From the human T2T-CHM13v2.0 reference genome, Homo sapiens: 64,000 nt of DNA. The notes beneath the pieces are model-generated. The model saw only the letters and a list, made by a program, of their open reading frames with translations, was not told the DNA's origin and ran no database searches. A program made the translations under genes and the position numbers. Below are positions 1 to 13,453 of this stretch, in pieces (the stretch's first letter is position 1; every line of letters starts with the position of its first letter). The stretch lies in the NCBI RefSeq assembly GCF_009914755.1, contig NC_060926.1; one strand, given 5' to 3'.

Positions 1-3000
1 TTTTAAGAGTAGAAACCCCATGCTCACTCAGAGTAGAGGGCCGCGCAGGCAAGCTAACAGCTTCTGTAGACCTTGGATGGGGCTGCCAAGTTTCCACTAG
101 GTGGGAATTTCTGATGCAATAAATGACACACCTAAAACAATAACTGAATCTAAAACACTACCACCCTAAAAATGCCTTTAAAACATGAAATTTCTGTAGG
201 ATAATAAATCATACAGGAACAAAGTTAAAATTCAAGCTTATATGTGTTAGCAAAATTAGGTACGATATAGTCCAATTTAAATGCTTATCTAATAATGAAT
301 AAGCCTAATATATTGGGTTACATGCATACATTTAAAATGTGAGAACTACTCTAGGCTCCAACTAGAGCTAGAAAATTACCTGCTTCTATGTTATAGTGAC
401 TGCAGTTTTTAAGGAAGAAATTCTAAACACCTCATTTCTCAGCAAACCAACAAGATGTAGTGGAATAAACACAAGCTTCAGAGGCAGATGTGGCTTCAAA
501 CTCCACCTCTACTACCTAGCGACAATATGACTTCACTGGTTGTAAATGTTGGATAACTATATTGGCTTCATTGGTTAAAGTAAAGGTAACAAGTAGAAAA
601 CACCTCATAGAATTCATGTTAATTTCCATCTCCCTTCATCCATTTTTTTCCCTGGTTTGAAATCAAGCAAAGCTCTTTCAGCCTCCAAAGGGATCAATTA
701 TGGCAGTGGTTGGTCCCAAGCAAGTCTGTGTGTTAAGAGGCATCCCACGTGGTTTCTTGTTCATTTCATTTAGGGTGCCTTCACTGCAGCTTCCTTCCAT
801 TTTCTGACTCCTTAAAGATGAATTTGTGTTTCTGCCTGGAATACAAATTGCTTGAGTTGCACTTATGTCTGGTCCTGACAGCTAAGATAAAAGTTTCATG
901 GAGAAGTGGATTGTGCCCAGGCAACAGCAAAGAAAATGCAACCTCTCGAATTGGCTTAATTGTACTATTTTCAAAAAACTGTTGAAACTATTACCTCCTC
1001 TGTTTCAGTTTTTAAAGCTTTTGGTTAAAAAAAAAAACCTCTTGTTAGTCCCATAATTTGTACTTGCACAGAAGAGATCTAAATGTATTTCCTGAGTATA
1101 TTTTATAAAAATATCAGGGACGACAGAAATATCAAGGTTGGGCTCTCTAAGAGAAAAACAAAGTTCTCACTTCCATAGTTTTCATTCCTATATGATACTA
1201 AAGTGTTGTGCCTGGTTTTAAAGAATTAAAACACCAACATTCATGCAAGTAGCACAAAGAAGGGGTATCCCCCTGCTCAGTTCCTCCTGCAACAAATTCT
1301 CAACATCCAGGGCATCCAGAAGATGGCAGAAATTCAGTCTAGAAGCTCTTTCCTCAAGTGTTCATCAAGGGCCCTTCAACCCAACACTGCTTAGACTTCC
1401 ACTTTTGCAAAAGGAAGGGCACAGAGTGAGCTTATCCTAGCCTCAGCTGAATCTATAAAAGGTGTTCCATGCTGCCTAGTTAATTATTCTGGTATCTTGA
1501 TTATGCAGGAATAAAGCACAGGGAAAATTTTCTCATTTTCTTGGTTACAAAATATTAACGATGAGATTAAACAATGGATTAACAGACTCTGTTAGATATG
1601 ATGCTGAGATGAAGTGTTCACACACTGGGAGTATTTGTCCTCTGCTTCCAAGAAGGTTTCTTCCTCCTGCATTTTGAACATGAGGACAAAATGAGAGAGT
1701 ACACTCATAGTTTATGTTCATGGCTCTGATAAGAATGTGACATATCATGAAAAAACACAAACTTATGCCCACAGTTCAAACTATAAGACAGAAATATTCT
1801 GTCCAGGGGGGCAAAGCACAGGTGAAAGGGGAAGAAGAAAGAAATAGTAGCCTATACACAGTAAATACTCAACAAATATCAATTGTTTTTGTTGTTATTG
1901 TTGTGATCATTGTTTGGTTGTCATCATTACCAAGGGTAAGTGCTGGGTAAGTTGACTAGATGGCAGTCAAAACAAAATAGACAGAAAAAAAGAGAAATAG
2001 ACAAATATGAAGAGATATTTGAGAAAATTTTAGAAAGGAAGATGAAAAGGAAAAAAGATAAGAGGATATATAAAGAAATAGAAATTACGTAATTAGGAAT
2101 GCTTTGGAACTTTATTAAATAGGTAAGTATAGGTCCGTGTCAGCCATAAGGCACTGATGCTTTAGAAGAAAATTGATTGCATAAATGAGAGGTTATTTTG
2201 TTCTTAAGGGAAAACGCATAGAAAATTCACAGAGTATATAAAACTTCAGTCTATCTTTCTAAACGGACCTCTCCCAGGGCCTGTTTCTCATTTTGTTCTG
2301 AGCTGTGCAGAGCACATTTAAGTACAGGACTTCACATATGTTGACTTTCAAAGAAGAACTTCACTTCGGGAGCTCTTCAGGGACTACAGCAAGATGAGAA
2401 ACAGAACTTGGGTGCTTTTCATCTTTGAACAGTCTGCTCTTCTTTCATTGTCACAAATACACAGTGCCCATTTTTCAGATGCTACAGTCTCATATCTACA
2501 GCAGCTGACATACAGAAAAGAAACAGATATCTTAAGAGTCTTTTCTGAGGCTTTTGTTAAGCATGAAACTTTTTAAGAACAACTCAGGTTTCTCAGAATT
2601 AACTCATAATTTTCTACGCTTAATGTTTTTAATGATAATTCTAGTATAACAAAAAAAGTTTAAAACTGTGTCATACTGAACCTTTAGTTCAATTTAGCCA
2701 ATTACCAGATCAGCCCTCCATTTTCTCCCTCCAAATGCATGGCCCTGTAATATCTGACCTTGAGTTCATAGAGGTCGTGTCTCTATAAACAACATACACT
2801 TGAAATTTGCCTAATCATGGAATGCCAAGTGTCTTACTACCCAAATTGTACTCACCATTTCACTGAACTGGTTTTCAATTTCCAGCATATTGTCAGCTAG
2901 TGTGATGTTTACTGTTCAGTAAGTTAGTTCTCTATTATACAGGAATCAATCCAACCCTCTAAACATATAGAAAAGTACACAATTGCTCTTCTGAAGTGAG

Positions 3001-3144
3001 AAAATGTACATGCATCCATGGCAGATTAGCACACTGGTGAATTTAACTGTGGCCACAATTCAAGTCCAGGCCATTTATGTGGATAAAGCCTCAGTGCACA
3101 CTCAAGAGCCATCACCTGTCTTGTGAATGAACCAACTAACTCAC

Positions 3145-3385
3145 TAAACCTTTATTATTAATGTTGCTCACAATGTTCTAGACACTATGCTATAGGATTT
3201 GCATGTGGTGTATGTTTTATTTTCAGAAACAACACAATGAAATCAGTGAATTACACTAGGCAAATTTACAGATCAGGAAACTATGGCTGAGCGAATGAAG
3301 TCACTCCCAAAGCCACACAGCTAGCTCGTGTCAAAGTCAGGTTAGAATCCAGGTCTTTCTGTCTCCAGAGCCATGCTCAGAAATA
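3145..3385 (-). mobile_element. MIR
   Basis: tttacagatcaggaaact...cccaaagccacacagctag...gaatccaggtct core. Confidence 0.75.
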
Positions 3386-3419
3386 CTCTTCACTAGCTTC
3401 AGTGCACATATCACCTGGA

Positions 3420-3946
3420 GGCAATTTCTTATTTATTTCTGTACCCTCTTGAACTGGAAATGCCTTCTGCTTTGACCAATGGAAGACAGTAGAACTGATG
3501 TTGCACTAGATGCAGGCATAACTATCCATAGTCTGGAATCATTTGCTTCCTATCTCTTTAAGCCAAAAGGCTACCCTGACACCATCATTCCATGAGAAGC
3601 CAAGAATACAGAGAAAGGCCCCTAAGGTTGAGATAGCATGTGGGTGTGGGGGCGGAGGGAGAAAGAGAGAGATTGAGAGAGAACCAACAACAGACTACCA
3701 AGTAATAACATGCCATATACAAGATAAGATGGCACCTCAGAGGCTTTGAGGTGGTTCCTCCCACTCTGGCCATCCCAGCGGGCACCATGTTCAGCAGAAA
3801 CGCACAAAGTGGTTCCTCCCACTCTGCCCATCCCAGCGGGCACCATGTTCAGCAGAAACGCACAAAGTTATATGCAGAATAAATGGTTATTTCAAGTCCT
3901 AAACCTTGGAGTCGTTTGTCATGGAGTAATAAATGACTGAAATACA
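3420..3946 (+). mobile_element. Old MaLR/ERVL LTR (MLT1-like)
   Basis: gctttgaccaatgg motif; aataaatggttattt...gtttgtcatg...gactgaaataca 3' end. Confidence 0.6.
3751..3866 (+). repeat. 58-bp tandem duplication (2 copies, 1 mismatch)
   Basis: gtggttcctcccactctg(g/c)ccatcccagcgggcaccatgttcagcagaaacgcacaaa at 3751-3808 and 3809-3866. Confidence 0.97.
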
Positions 3947-5159
3947 CTACCATACATAATTATAAATATCTATATATACAAACCTATATACTGAAAACAA
4001 AATAAAAAATGCTTTATGAAGAATAGAATTTTAATAAAAAACCAGGGTAATTGAGTAAAATTTTTTCCTGGAATTATTTGAAAATTTTCTTGTTTTCTCA
4101 TTTTCACCTTGAATGTGTAGATACAGCCATAGAATTCTGACTCTGTGGTCAAGATTTTATAATAGTTTATATATTTTAAACTTCAACATATTTGATGTAC
4201 TGACATTTATGACATATTTTCCTTTAATTTTGTATTTCCCCTTACCTTTAGAGCAACTGCAAAATTGTGCTGTCTCCTACAGGGGTATAAGGTACATGCA
4301 AAGATCTACATTCCCCTCTTTTGCACCAGAGTCATCTGTTCAGAGATAGAAGTCAGTCTAGGTTATTAAATGGATTTGTATATGTTCTGCTCTAGAGAGC
4401 TGAATTGGTACAGGAAATCTTCATTATCATAAGTTTCCAGATGAACACAAATCCAGAGTGAAATTTAACAAATTTTTAACTTGCATAAGCAATAGTTGAG
4501 TTTTCGGCATTATTCCATATTCATGCTGGAGATGTAATGGCATCTTATCCTTTTACCCTCATGCCTAGACACTCTGCACAGAAAATCCTGCCTTGATCAT
4601 TAAAATTGATGCACATAGCAAATCATTGAATAACTGCGTTCATCCCCATCTGCTACGGAGGCACAGTGCCACACAGATGTGCTCCACCAGGACTTTTGAG
4701 GCATAACAATCAACCGAAGATGGAATTAGACATAAACCATGCTGATTGCAACAACAGTTCTGCCCAGTCCAACTTTCTGTTTAGCCCTGGGCAAAATATT
4801 TCAATAGAAAACATTATGGCTGTTATGTGTGGACATAATCAATTACAAAGGCTTAGTGTCTGGGTCAACTTGATGGAAATTATATCTAAAGTTTCTAAAA
4901 TTTCCCACCATGTAATGATGACCTTTCCCTTCACTATCAATGGCCATGTTACCCTCTGCAATTGGAACACTGTGTCTTTCCCCTTACCTAAGTTGGATCT
5001 CTACCTTATCCTAACCCACAAGCGTTCCCTCCTTGTCATTCTTTAGTTTATTTCTAAGTGAAATTTTCATAAAATCTGTGCCAACCTGCCTCCCATCCCT
5101 CAAATCTTCAGCTCTACTTTCTGTCCTAATCCCTCATTCAGTTTTATGGTTTATCTATA

Positions 5160-5520
5160 GTTTATAGCCAATCACTTCCTCTAATAATTCAGACTCATGT
5201 AACCAACTGTTTGGGGGGCATCTCCACCTGGACATACACAGGCACCTCAATCCAAATGCATCGCAAACTGAATCCACTATCTTCAACTCACCAATTCCCA
5301 TTTTAAGGAATGGCAGTATCATCCACCCAGTACCACAAATCCTCTCCCTTTCTCCAAACCTTCCATCAGTTACCAAGCCCTGCCATGTTTTATCTCCTCA
5401 TAAGTCTCAAATTCAGCCCCTGCTTGAAACCCTTCTACCACAGCCTTAGTTCAACAGCTCATTAGCTCTCACTTCAACTATTGAAAAAGCTTTCAGTCTT
5501 CACACATTAGCTCCTCTAAA
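5160..5520 (+). mobile_element. L2 fragment
   Basis: catctccacctggacat...gaatggcagtatcatccacccagt. Confidence 0.7.
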
Positions 5521-5740
5521 GTAATAGCAGTTAACATTTATTGAGTGCTACCAGGACTCAGGTACTTTCCAGGTTTCTTATACATATTAATAGGTGCTTT
5601 TATGATTCCCTATTTTAAATATTTAAAAAGTGAGGCAGAGAGATTAAGTTACTTGCCCAATATCACATCTAAACACGGTAGAAGCAGAGTAGGAATCCAA
5701 GCAGTCTGGCTAAGCTTTTAACTACTCTACTCCACTACCT
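5520..5740 (-). mobile_element. MIR
   Basis: tgaggcagagagattaagttacttgcccaatatcaca core. Confidence 0.75.
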
Positions 5741-6584
5741 GTTCTTGGCTTTCATTTGTTTGAAGTGGCTGCCAATCACTCACAGACATAAAAGCAGGCT
5801 CCCCAGAAAAGTGTTCAGAGCTCTTTTTAATGGAACTCCTACCTACTGCTCTCATGTATCTCCAGGCTTTCCCCCTTCCCTGGTCTTTGCTTTCTATGTG
5901 CAGATCTGCTCAGGACTCTTCAGTCAACTCTTTCACCACTCCAGGTTTCTGTCTTACCTCTCACTTTCACACATTTCCACTCTCCATCTTTCCATCAATC
6001 ACTCTCCCATTAACCTTTTGTCCTCAGGCTTCCATCATCTTTCATCTGAACATGCTTTTTTAGAATCACCAAGGCCTCTCTGGTGATTGACAAACTGAAT
6101 GTTGTGAATTGTACAGTCAAACCCCTTTGAGCTCCAGCCCAGCCTCTTTCTAGCTATGTGATCTTCAATAAGTTATTTAACCTCTCTGTGCTAGTAATTA
6201 TATCTCTTTCATCTACCCTTCTCTCAAGTATATCTACCTTCCTTCTATCCTGATACTGTCAAACTCCCCCCCTCCCACTTTTATTTTGACACTCTCATCT
6301 ACACCTGTTTTTCTTAGACCTGTGCCCCAGGACTTTGCCTCTGCTTCTCCCCTTCCACCCAGTCCATGCTTGGCCACTTACTGACTGCATGGTCTTTGAC
6401 ATTTAACTTATCTGACAATGGATCCTCACTTATAATATGTGAGTAATAATAATTATCTTCATACTTCAGTGTACTGTATAAGAATTAATTAACATATTAT
6501 ATATGAAGCTATGTTAAAAACTCTGAAGAGCCACTCACATGGTAATGTGGTTGTTGTATGAAAGTGTGTGTATATGTGTGTAAT

Positions 6585-8345
6585 ATATATATAATTTTAA
6601 GACAACCTTAAACTTAAAGAAAAATTGCAAGGATAGCATAAGAAACATTTTTTGAACCATGTGAAAGAATATTGCCAAATTTATGCCCCAATCACAACCT
6701 AATACTTAGTGTATATTTCCTACAAACAAGAACATTGCCCAACATAATAACAATACAACCAACAAAACCAGGAAATTAACACTGATATGTTACTACCATC
6801 TAATTCTCAGATGCTTCATGCATTTCCAAATGTCCCAATAATGTCCTTTATAGCAAAATCATCCAATTCAGAATCACACATTACATTTAGTTGTCATTAT
6901 TCTTTAATCTCCTTCACTCAGAACAGTTCCTCAGCTTTTCGTCTACTTATATGACATTGAAGTGCTTGAAGGTTAATGAACAGTTATTTTGTTAAAGGTC
7001 TATCAATTTCAGTTTGTTGTTCTCCATGATTCGACTGTGGATATGGGTCTTTGGTAGAAATATCACAGAAGTGATGTTGCATTTTTCTCATTGCATTCTC
7101 TTAGGGGTGCATGATTTTTATTTGTCCCCTTATCAATGATGTTAACTTTGATCACTTCATTAAGGTGGTGAACTTACTTTTTCACTGTGAATTTACTTCC
7201 CACTCCCACCATCAATACGTATTTTGTGGAGAAAGTTCTTTGCAGAAGAGGTACTTTGAAACTTACTGTCTCATCAAAGTTGCAATTTATTTATTTATTT
7301 ATATCACTCTGAACTAATGATTTCTTATTTTATTCAATGTCTCATTTATTTTGAGGCTTAAATAGCTCAACATTTGGCCAGCGAAAGCCAAAATATGTCA
7401 TTTTAATATGCTTCTCTTCTTTTTGCACTCCTTACTTTATGGTCCAAAAATCTGTTTCAGGCTTATGTTATATTTTCCTTGTCCCAGCTATGGGTCAGTT
7501 ATTTCTGCATTGAGACCTTGTTCCTTTTAGTGCTTTAAGTGGAGAATGATGTTTTGAAGCCAACGTATCAGCTCTAGCTGTATTGCTTGCTGGAGTGGTG
7601 ATTGCTGTTCCAAGACCTTCTTACTGGAGAGAGTTAGGAAACATACCTATTATTCCACACACACACACACACACCAAATATGGACAAGTTTAAGAGAACA
7701 TTCTCTGTGAATTCCCTTCCTGAATAATTCCATCCCAAAGGCATTAGGTGGGGCAAAGCAAGGGAGACATCCACATGGAAGCCCAGGCTACTGTGAGAAG
7801 TTGGAGTCCAAGCAGGGTAAGGAGTATGTCCATGTGGAGGAGAGGAAGGCCCCGTGTGAGATGTTGGAAGCCAAACAGGGCATCCATGCATGGGAGTAGT
7901 CTGGCATGGGTGTCACAGCATGGGCTGGGTGAGGACTCTGTCCATTCAGAGAAGGGGCTTGGTGAGGAATGTCAGATCCCAGGCGGGATGAGCAGCATCC
8001 ACACTAGGGAAGGCTACACGTGGAACATAGGGCCTCAGGGTGAAGAGGGCATCAATGTATACAGGTGGTGTATCCGAGTTTGAGCACGGTGAACAGGAAA
8101 GTGTCCATGTGTGATGGAAAATCTAGTATGGGATGTGAGAAGGGCATCCACAGAGAGGAGTGGATGGTGGTGGTGATGGCTGATTAGTTACACACAGGAA
8201 TATTAATTGAATGTGTGACACATGCACTCCTTACCCTGCTTGTGTGCCAACATCTCACACCAGGCCAGACCTCCATGTGTACATTTTTCTTGTTTGAGCC
8301 CAACCAATGGCTTTGGTACTGAATTATTCAGGAAGGAAAAAGGAA
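6585..8345 (-). mobile_element. Ancient L1MC-like 3' region with an internally inverted block (about 7710-8215)
   Basis: aaaaattgcaag...caaaaccaggaaattaacactgatat and gatcacttcattaaggtggtg motifs; purine-rich degenerate repeat block. Confidence 0.6.
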
Positions 8346-8389
8346 AGAAAAAAGAAAGAACTGTTGTATTATTTTACTTATCTTATTTT

Positions 8390-9355
8390 TTGGCATCTTT
8401 TCTTCCATTCACAGCCAATATTCTCTTACAAGTTATTTGTCCATATTTGCTGACTTCATTTTCTCAGTCTTTACTGATTCCTTAGCCCACTTCCATCTGG
8501 CTTTAGCCCTCATCCCTTTCCAATGTGACCAAGTCATGGATGACTTCCTTATTTCTAAATCCAAAAGACGTTTTTCAGTCCTCTTGCTGCTTGATCTGTT
8601 GGAGGCATTTGACACGTTCGCCTCTGAAAATAGCCTATTCCCTTGGCTTCCATGACCCAGTACTCTCACGATATCCTCCTACCTCTCTGGCTACTTCTCA
8701 GCCTCCTTAAAAACCTTTTCTTCCTTTGGCCATTTCTCAAATGTTGGCACTACTAAAGGCTCAGTCCCAAGCCTTCTGCTCTTCTCACTCTTCACACTCC
8801 CACATCTCAGTACTGCTTTGGCTCCAATTCTTATCTCTATGCTAACATTTTAGAAATCTTTATCTCTATCTCTGCAAGTCTGACTTTGAGCTCCAAAAAC
8901 ATACACCCCACTGTCTATCGTACATTTATTCGACTCAGCAATATTTACTGATCACCTGCTACTCATTGTGTGCACTATTCCAGGTTCTTACCAACTCCAT
9001 GTATATGTGTTTAAGTCACCTAAAACTCAACACACACGAGATAATGGTGTTGTCTTAACCTCTCCTCCATAACCTATGCACACTTCCAGCATTCTCTATC
9101 TCAGTAAATGCCATGATCTCTTCCCCCCTGCTGAAGCCAGAAATGTCTGACCCCTAGCCACTCATCCTTGAATCTAATCAATCAAGACGTCTTACTTCTC
9201 CTATCTTTTACATATTTTCCTAAGTCTGTTGAATTCTCTCTGTCTCCACCATTATTTCTAAACTACAGTCTTCTAACTCGCCTCCCTGCCTCCAGACTTT
9301 CCCTTTACGAACACAAATTTTCAATCTAATCTCTACATGGCAGCCAGAATAGTCC
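8390..9355 (+). mobile_element. L2 fragment (continues at 17406-17920 after the Alu and E1 insertions)
   Basis: RT-like translation SVLLLLDLLEAFDT (L2 LLDLSAAFDT motif); pyrimidine-rich L2 3' region. Confidence 0.8.
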
Positions 9356-9360
9356 TTCTT

Positions 9361-9681
<321 letters not shown>

Positions 9682-12600
9682 AGAATATTCATTTTGAAAT
9701 ACAAATCTAGCCAAGGAAAGTGATGAGGGACTGTGCTACCAGCCCCAGGTACTAGGCTTTTCCCACAGATTTTTGCAATCCTCGGATTAGGAGATTCCCT
9801 CGTGAGCCTGCGCCACCAGGGCCCTGGGTTTCAAGCACAAAACTGGGCGGCTGTTTGGGCAGGCACTGAGCTAACTACAGGAGGTTTTTTGTACTCCAGT
9901 GGCGCCTGGAACTCCAGAGATACAGGAGAACCGTCCACTTCCCTGGAAAGGGGGCTGAAGCCAGGGAGCCAACCAGCCTCACTCAGCGGGTCCCACTCCC
10001 ATGGAGCCCAGCAAGCTAAGAACCACTGGCTTGAAATTCTCACAGCCAGCACAGCAGTCTGGAGTTGACCTGGGATGGTGAGGGGAGGGGCATCCACCAT
10101 TACTGAGGCTTTAGTAGGCGGTTTTCCCCTGACAGTGCTAAGTAGACTGGGAGGTTTGGACTGGGCAGAATTCACCACAGTGCAGCAAAGCAGCTCCGGC
10201 CAGACTGCCTCTCTAGATTCCTCCTCACTGGGCAGGGCATCTCTGAAAGAAAGGCACCATCCCCAGTCAGAGGCTTATAGATAAAACTCTCATATTCCTG
10301 GGACAGAGTACCTGGGGGAGGGGCAGCTGCTGTGGAAGCTTCAGAAGACTTAATCTTTCCTGCCTGCAGGCTCTGAAGAGAACTGCAGATCCTGACAAGG
10401 GTGACTCTCCCAGCACAGTGCACTAGCTCTGCTAAGGGACAGACTGATTCCTCAAGTGGGTCCCTGACCCCCGTGCCTCCTGACTGGGAGACACCTCCCA
10501 AAAGGGGTCAACAGACACCTCATACAGGAGAGCTCCAGCTGGCATCAAGCCAATGCCCCTCTGGGACAAAGCTCCCAATGGAAGGAGCGGGCAGCAATCT
10601 TTTTTGTTCTGCAACCTCCACTGGTGATACCCAGGCAAACAGGGTCTGGAGTGGACCTCTAGCAAACTGTAGTAGACCTGCAGAAGAGGGGCTTGACTGT
10701 TAGAAGAAAAACTAACAAACAGAAAGCAATGAAAACAATGACATCAACAAAACAGACCCCCCTACAAATACCCCATCCAAAGATCATCAGCCTCAAAGAT
10801 TGAAGGTAGATAAATCCACGAAGATGAGGAAAAACTAGCACAAAAACACTGAAAATTCCAAAAGCCAGAAAGCCTCTTCTCCTCCAAATGATCGCAACTC
10901 CTCTCCAGCAAGGGCGCAAAACAGAACAAAGAATGAGACTCATGAATTGACAGAAGTAGGCTTCAGAAGGTAGGTAATAAACTCCTCTGAGCTACAGAAG
11001 CATGTTCTAACCCAATGCAAGGAAGCTCAGAACCTTGTTAAAAGGTTACAGGAACTGCTAACTAGAGTAACCAGTTTAGAGAGGAACGTAATTGACTTGA
11101 TGGAGCTGAAAAACACAGCTGGAGAACTTCGTGAAGCATACACAAGTATCAATAGCCAAACTGATCAAGCGGAAGAAAGGATACCAGAGATTGAGAACCA
11201 CCTTGCTTAAATAAGGCATGCAGACAAGATTAGAGAAAAAAAGAATGAAAAGGAACAAACAAAGCCTCCAAGAAATATGGGACTATGTGAAAAGACCAAA
11301 CCTACGATTGACTGGTGTACCTGAAAGTGACAGGAAGAATGGAACCAACTTGGAAAACACACTTTAAGATGTTATCCAGGAGAACTTCCCCAACCTAGAA
11401 AGACAGGCCAACATTCAAATTCAGGACATACAGAGAACACCACTAAGATACTACACGAGAAGATCAACTCCAAGATACATAATCATCAGATTCAACAAAG
11501 TTGAAATGAAGGAAAACATTTTAAGGGCAGCCAGAGAGAAAGGTCGGCTTACCCACAAAGGGAAGCCCATCAGACTAACAGCTGATCTCTTGGCAGAAAC
11601 TCTACAAGCCAGAAGAGAGTGGGGGCCAATATTCAACATTCTTAAAGAATTTTCAACCCAGAATTTCATATCCAGCCAAACTAAGCTTCATAAGTGAAGG
11701 AGAAATAAAATCCTTTCCAAACAAGCAAATGCTGAGGGATTTTGTCATCACCAGGCCTGCCTTACAAGAGATCCTGAAGGAAGCAATAATGTGGAAAGGA
11801 AAAACTGGTACAAGCCACTGCAAAAACACACCAAAATATAAAGACTAATGACACTATGAAGAAACTGCATCAATTAGTGTGCAAAATAACCAGCTAGCAT
11901 CATGACAAAATCAAATTCATAGTTACTTAACAATATCAACCTTTAATGTGAATGAGTTAAACGCCCCGATTAAAAGACACAGTCTTGCAAATTGGATAAA
12001 GAGTCAAGACCAATTGGTGTGCTATAATCAGGAGACCTGTCTCACATGCAAAGACACACATAGGCACAAAATAAAGGGATGGAGGAATATTTACCAAGCA
12101 AATGGAAAGCAAAAAAAAAAAAAAAAAAAAAAAAAAGGAGGGGTTGCAATCCTAGTCTCTGATAAAACAGATTTTAAACCAACAAAGATCAAAAAAAGAC
12201 AAAGAAGGACATTACATAATGGTAAAGGAATCAACGCAACAAGAAGAGCTAACTATCCTAAATATATATGCACCCAATCCAGGAGCACCCAGATTCATAA
12301 AACAAGTTCTTAGAGACCTACAAAGAGACTTAGACTCTCACACAATAATAGTGGGACACTCCACTGTCGATATTAGACAGATCAACAACACAGAAAATCA
12401 ACAAGGATATTCAGAACTTGAATTCAGCTCTGGATCACGTGGACCTAATAGACATCTACAGAACTCTCCACCCCAAATCAACAGAATATACATTATCCTC
12501 AGTGCAACATAGCACTTATTCTAATATCAACAACATAATTAGAAGTAAAACACTCCTCATCAAATGCAAAAGAACTGAAATCAGTGCAATCAAATTAGAA

Positions 12601-13453
12601 CTCAGGATTAAGAAACTCACTCAAAACCACACAACTCCATGGAAATTGAACAACGTGCTCCTGAATGACTCCTGGGTAAATAACAAAATTAAGGCAAAAA
12701 TCAAGAAGTTCTTTAAAACCAATGAGAACAAAAAAACAATATATCAGAATCTCTGGGACACAGCTAAAGCAGTGTTAAGAGGGAAATTTACAGCACTAAA
12801 TGCCCACATCAGAAAGCTGGAAAGATCTCAAATCGACACCCGAACATCATAATTAAAAGAACTAAAGAAGGAAGAGCAAACAAATTCAAAAGCTAGCAGA
12901 AAACAAGAAATAACTAAGGTCAGATCAGAACTGAAGGAGATAGAGACACAAAAAACCCTTCAACAAAAAATCAATGAATCCAGGAGCTGTTTTTTTTTAA
13001 ATAATAATAATAATAACAAAATAGACCACTAGCTAGACTAATAAAGAAAAAAGAGAGAAGAATCAAATAGACACAATAGAAAATGATAAAGGGGATATCA
13101 CCACTAATCCCACAGAAATACAAACTACCATCAGAGAATACTATAAACACCTCTATGCAAATAGACTAGAAAATCTAGAAGAAACAGATAAATTCCTGGA
13201 CACATATACCCCCTCACAAGACTAAACCAGGAAGAAGTTAAATACCTAAATAGACCAATAACAAGTTCTGAAACTGAGGCAGTAACTAGCAGCCTACCAA
13301 GGAAAAAAAGCCCAGGACCAGAAGGATTCACAGCCAAATTCTACCAGAGGTACAAAGAGGAGCTGATACCATTTCTTCTGAAACTATTCTAAACAACTGA
13401 AAAAGAGGAACTCCTCCCTAACTCATTTTATGAGGCCAGCATCATCCTGATTC

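Noticed and set aside
1930-2130. Clustered donor-like motifs (gggtaagt x2, aggtaagt)
   Set aside because: No supportable upstream acceptor or coding frame; cannot call an exon from sequence alone.
4666-5046. 126-aa ORF and other short ORFs in unique DNA as host exons
   Set aside because: No recognisable domain, a non-ATG start in this case, no convincing splice-site pairs; lengths are as expected by chance.
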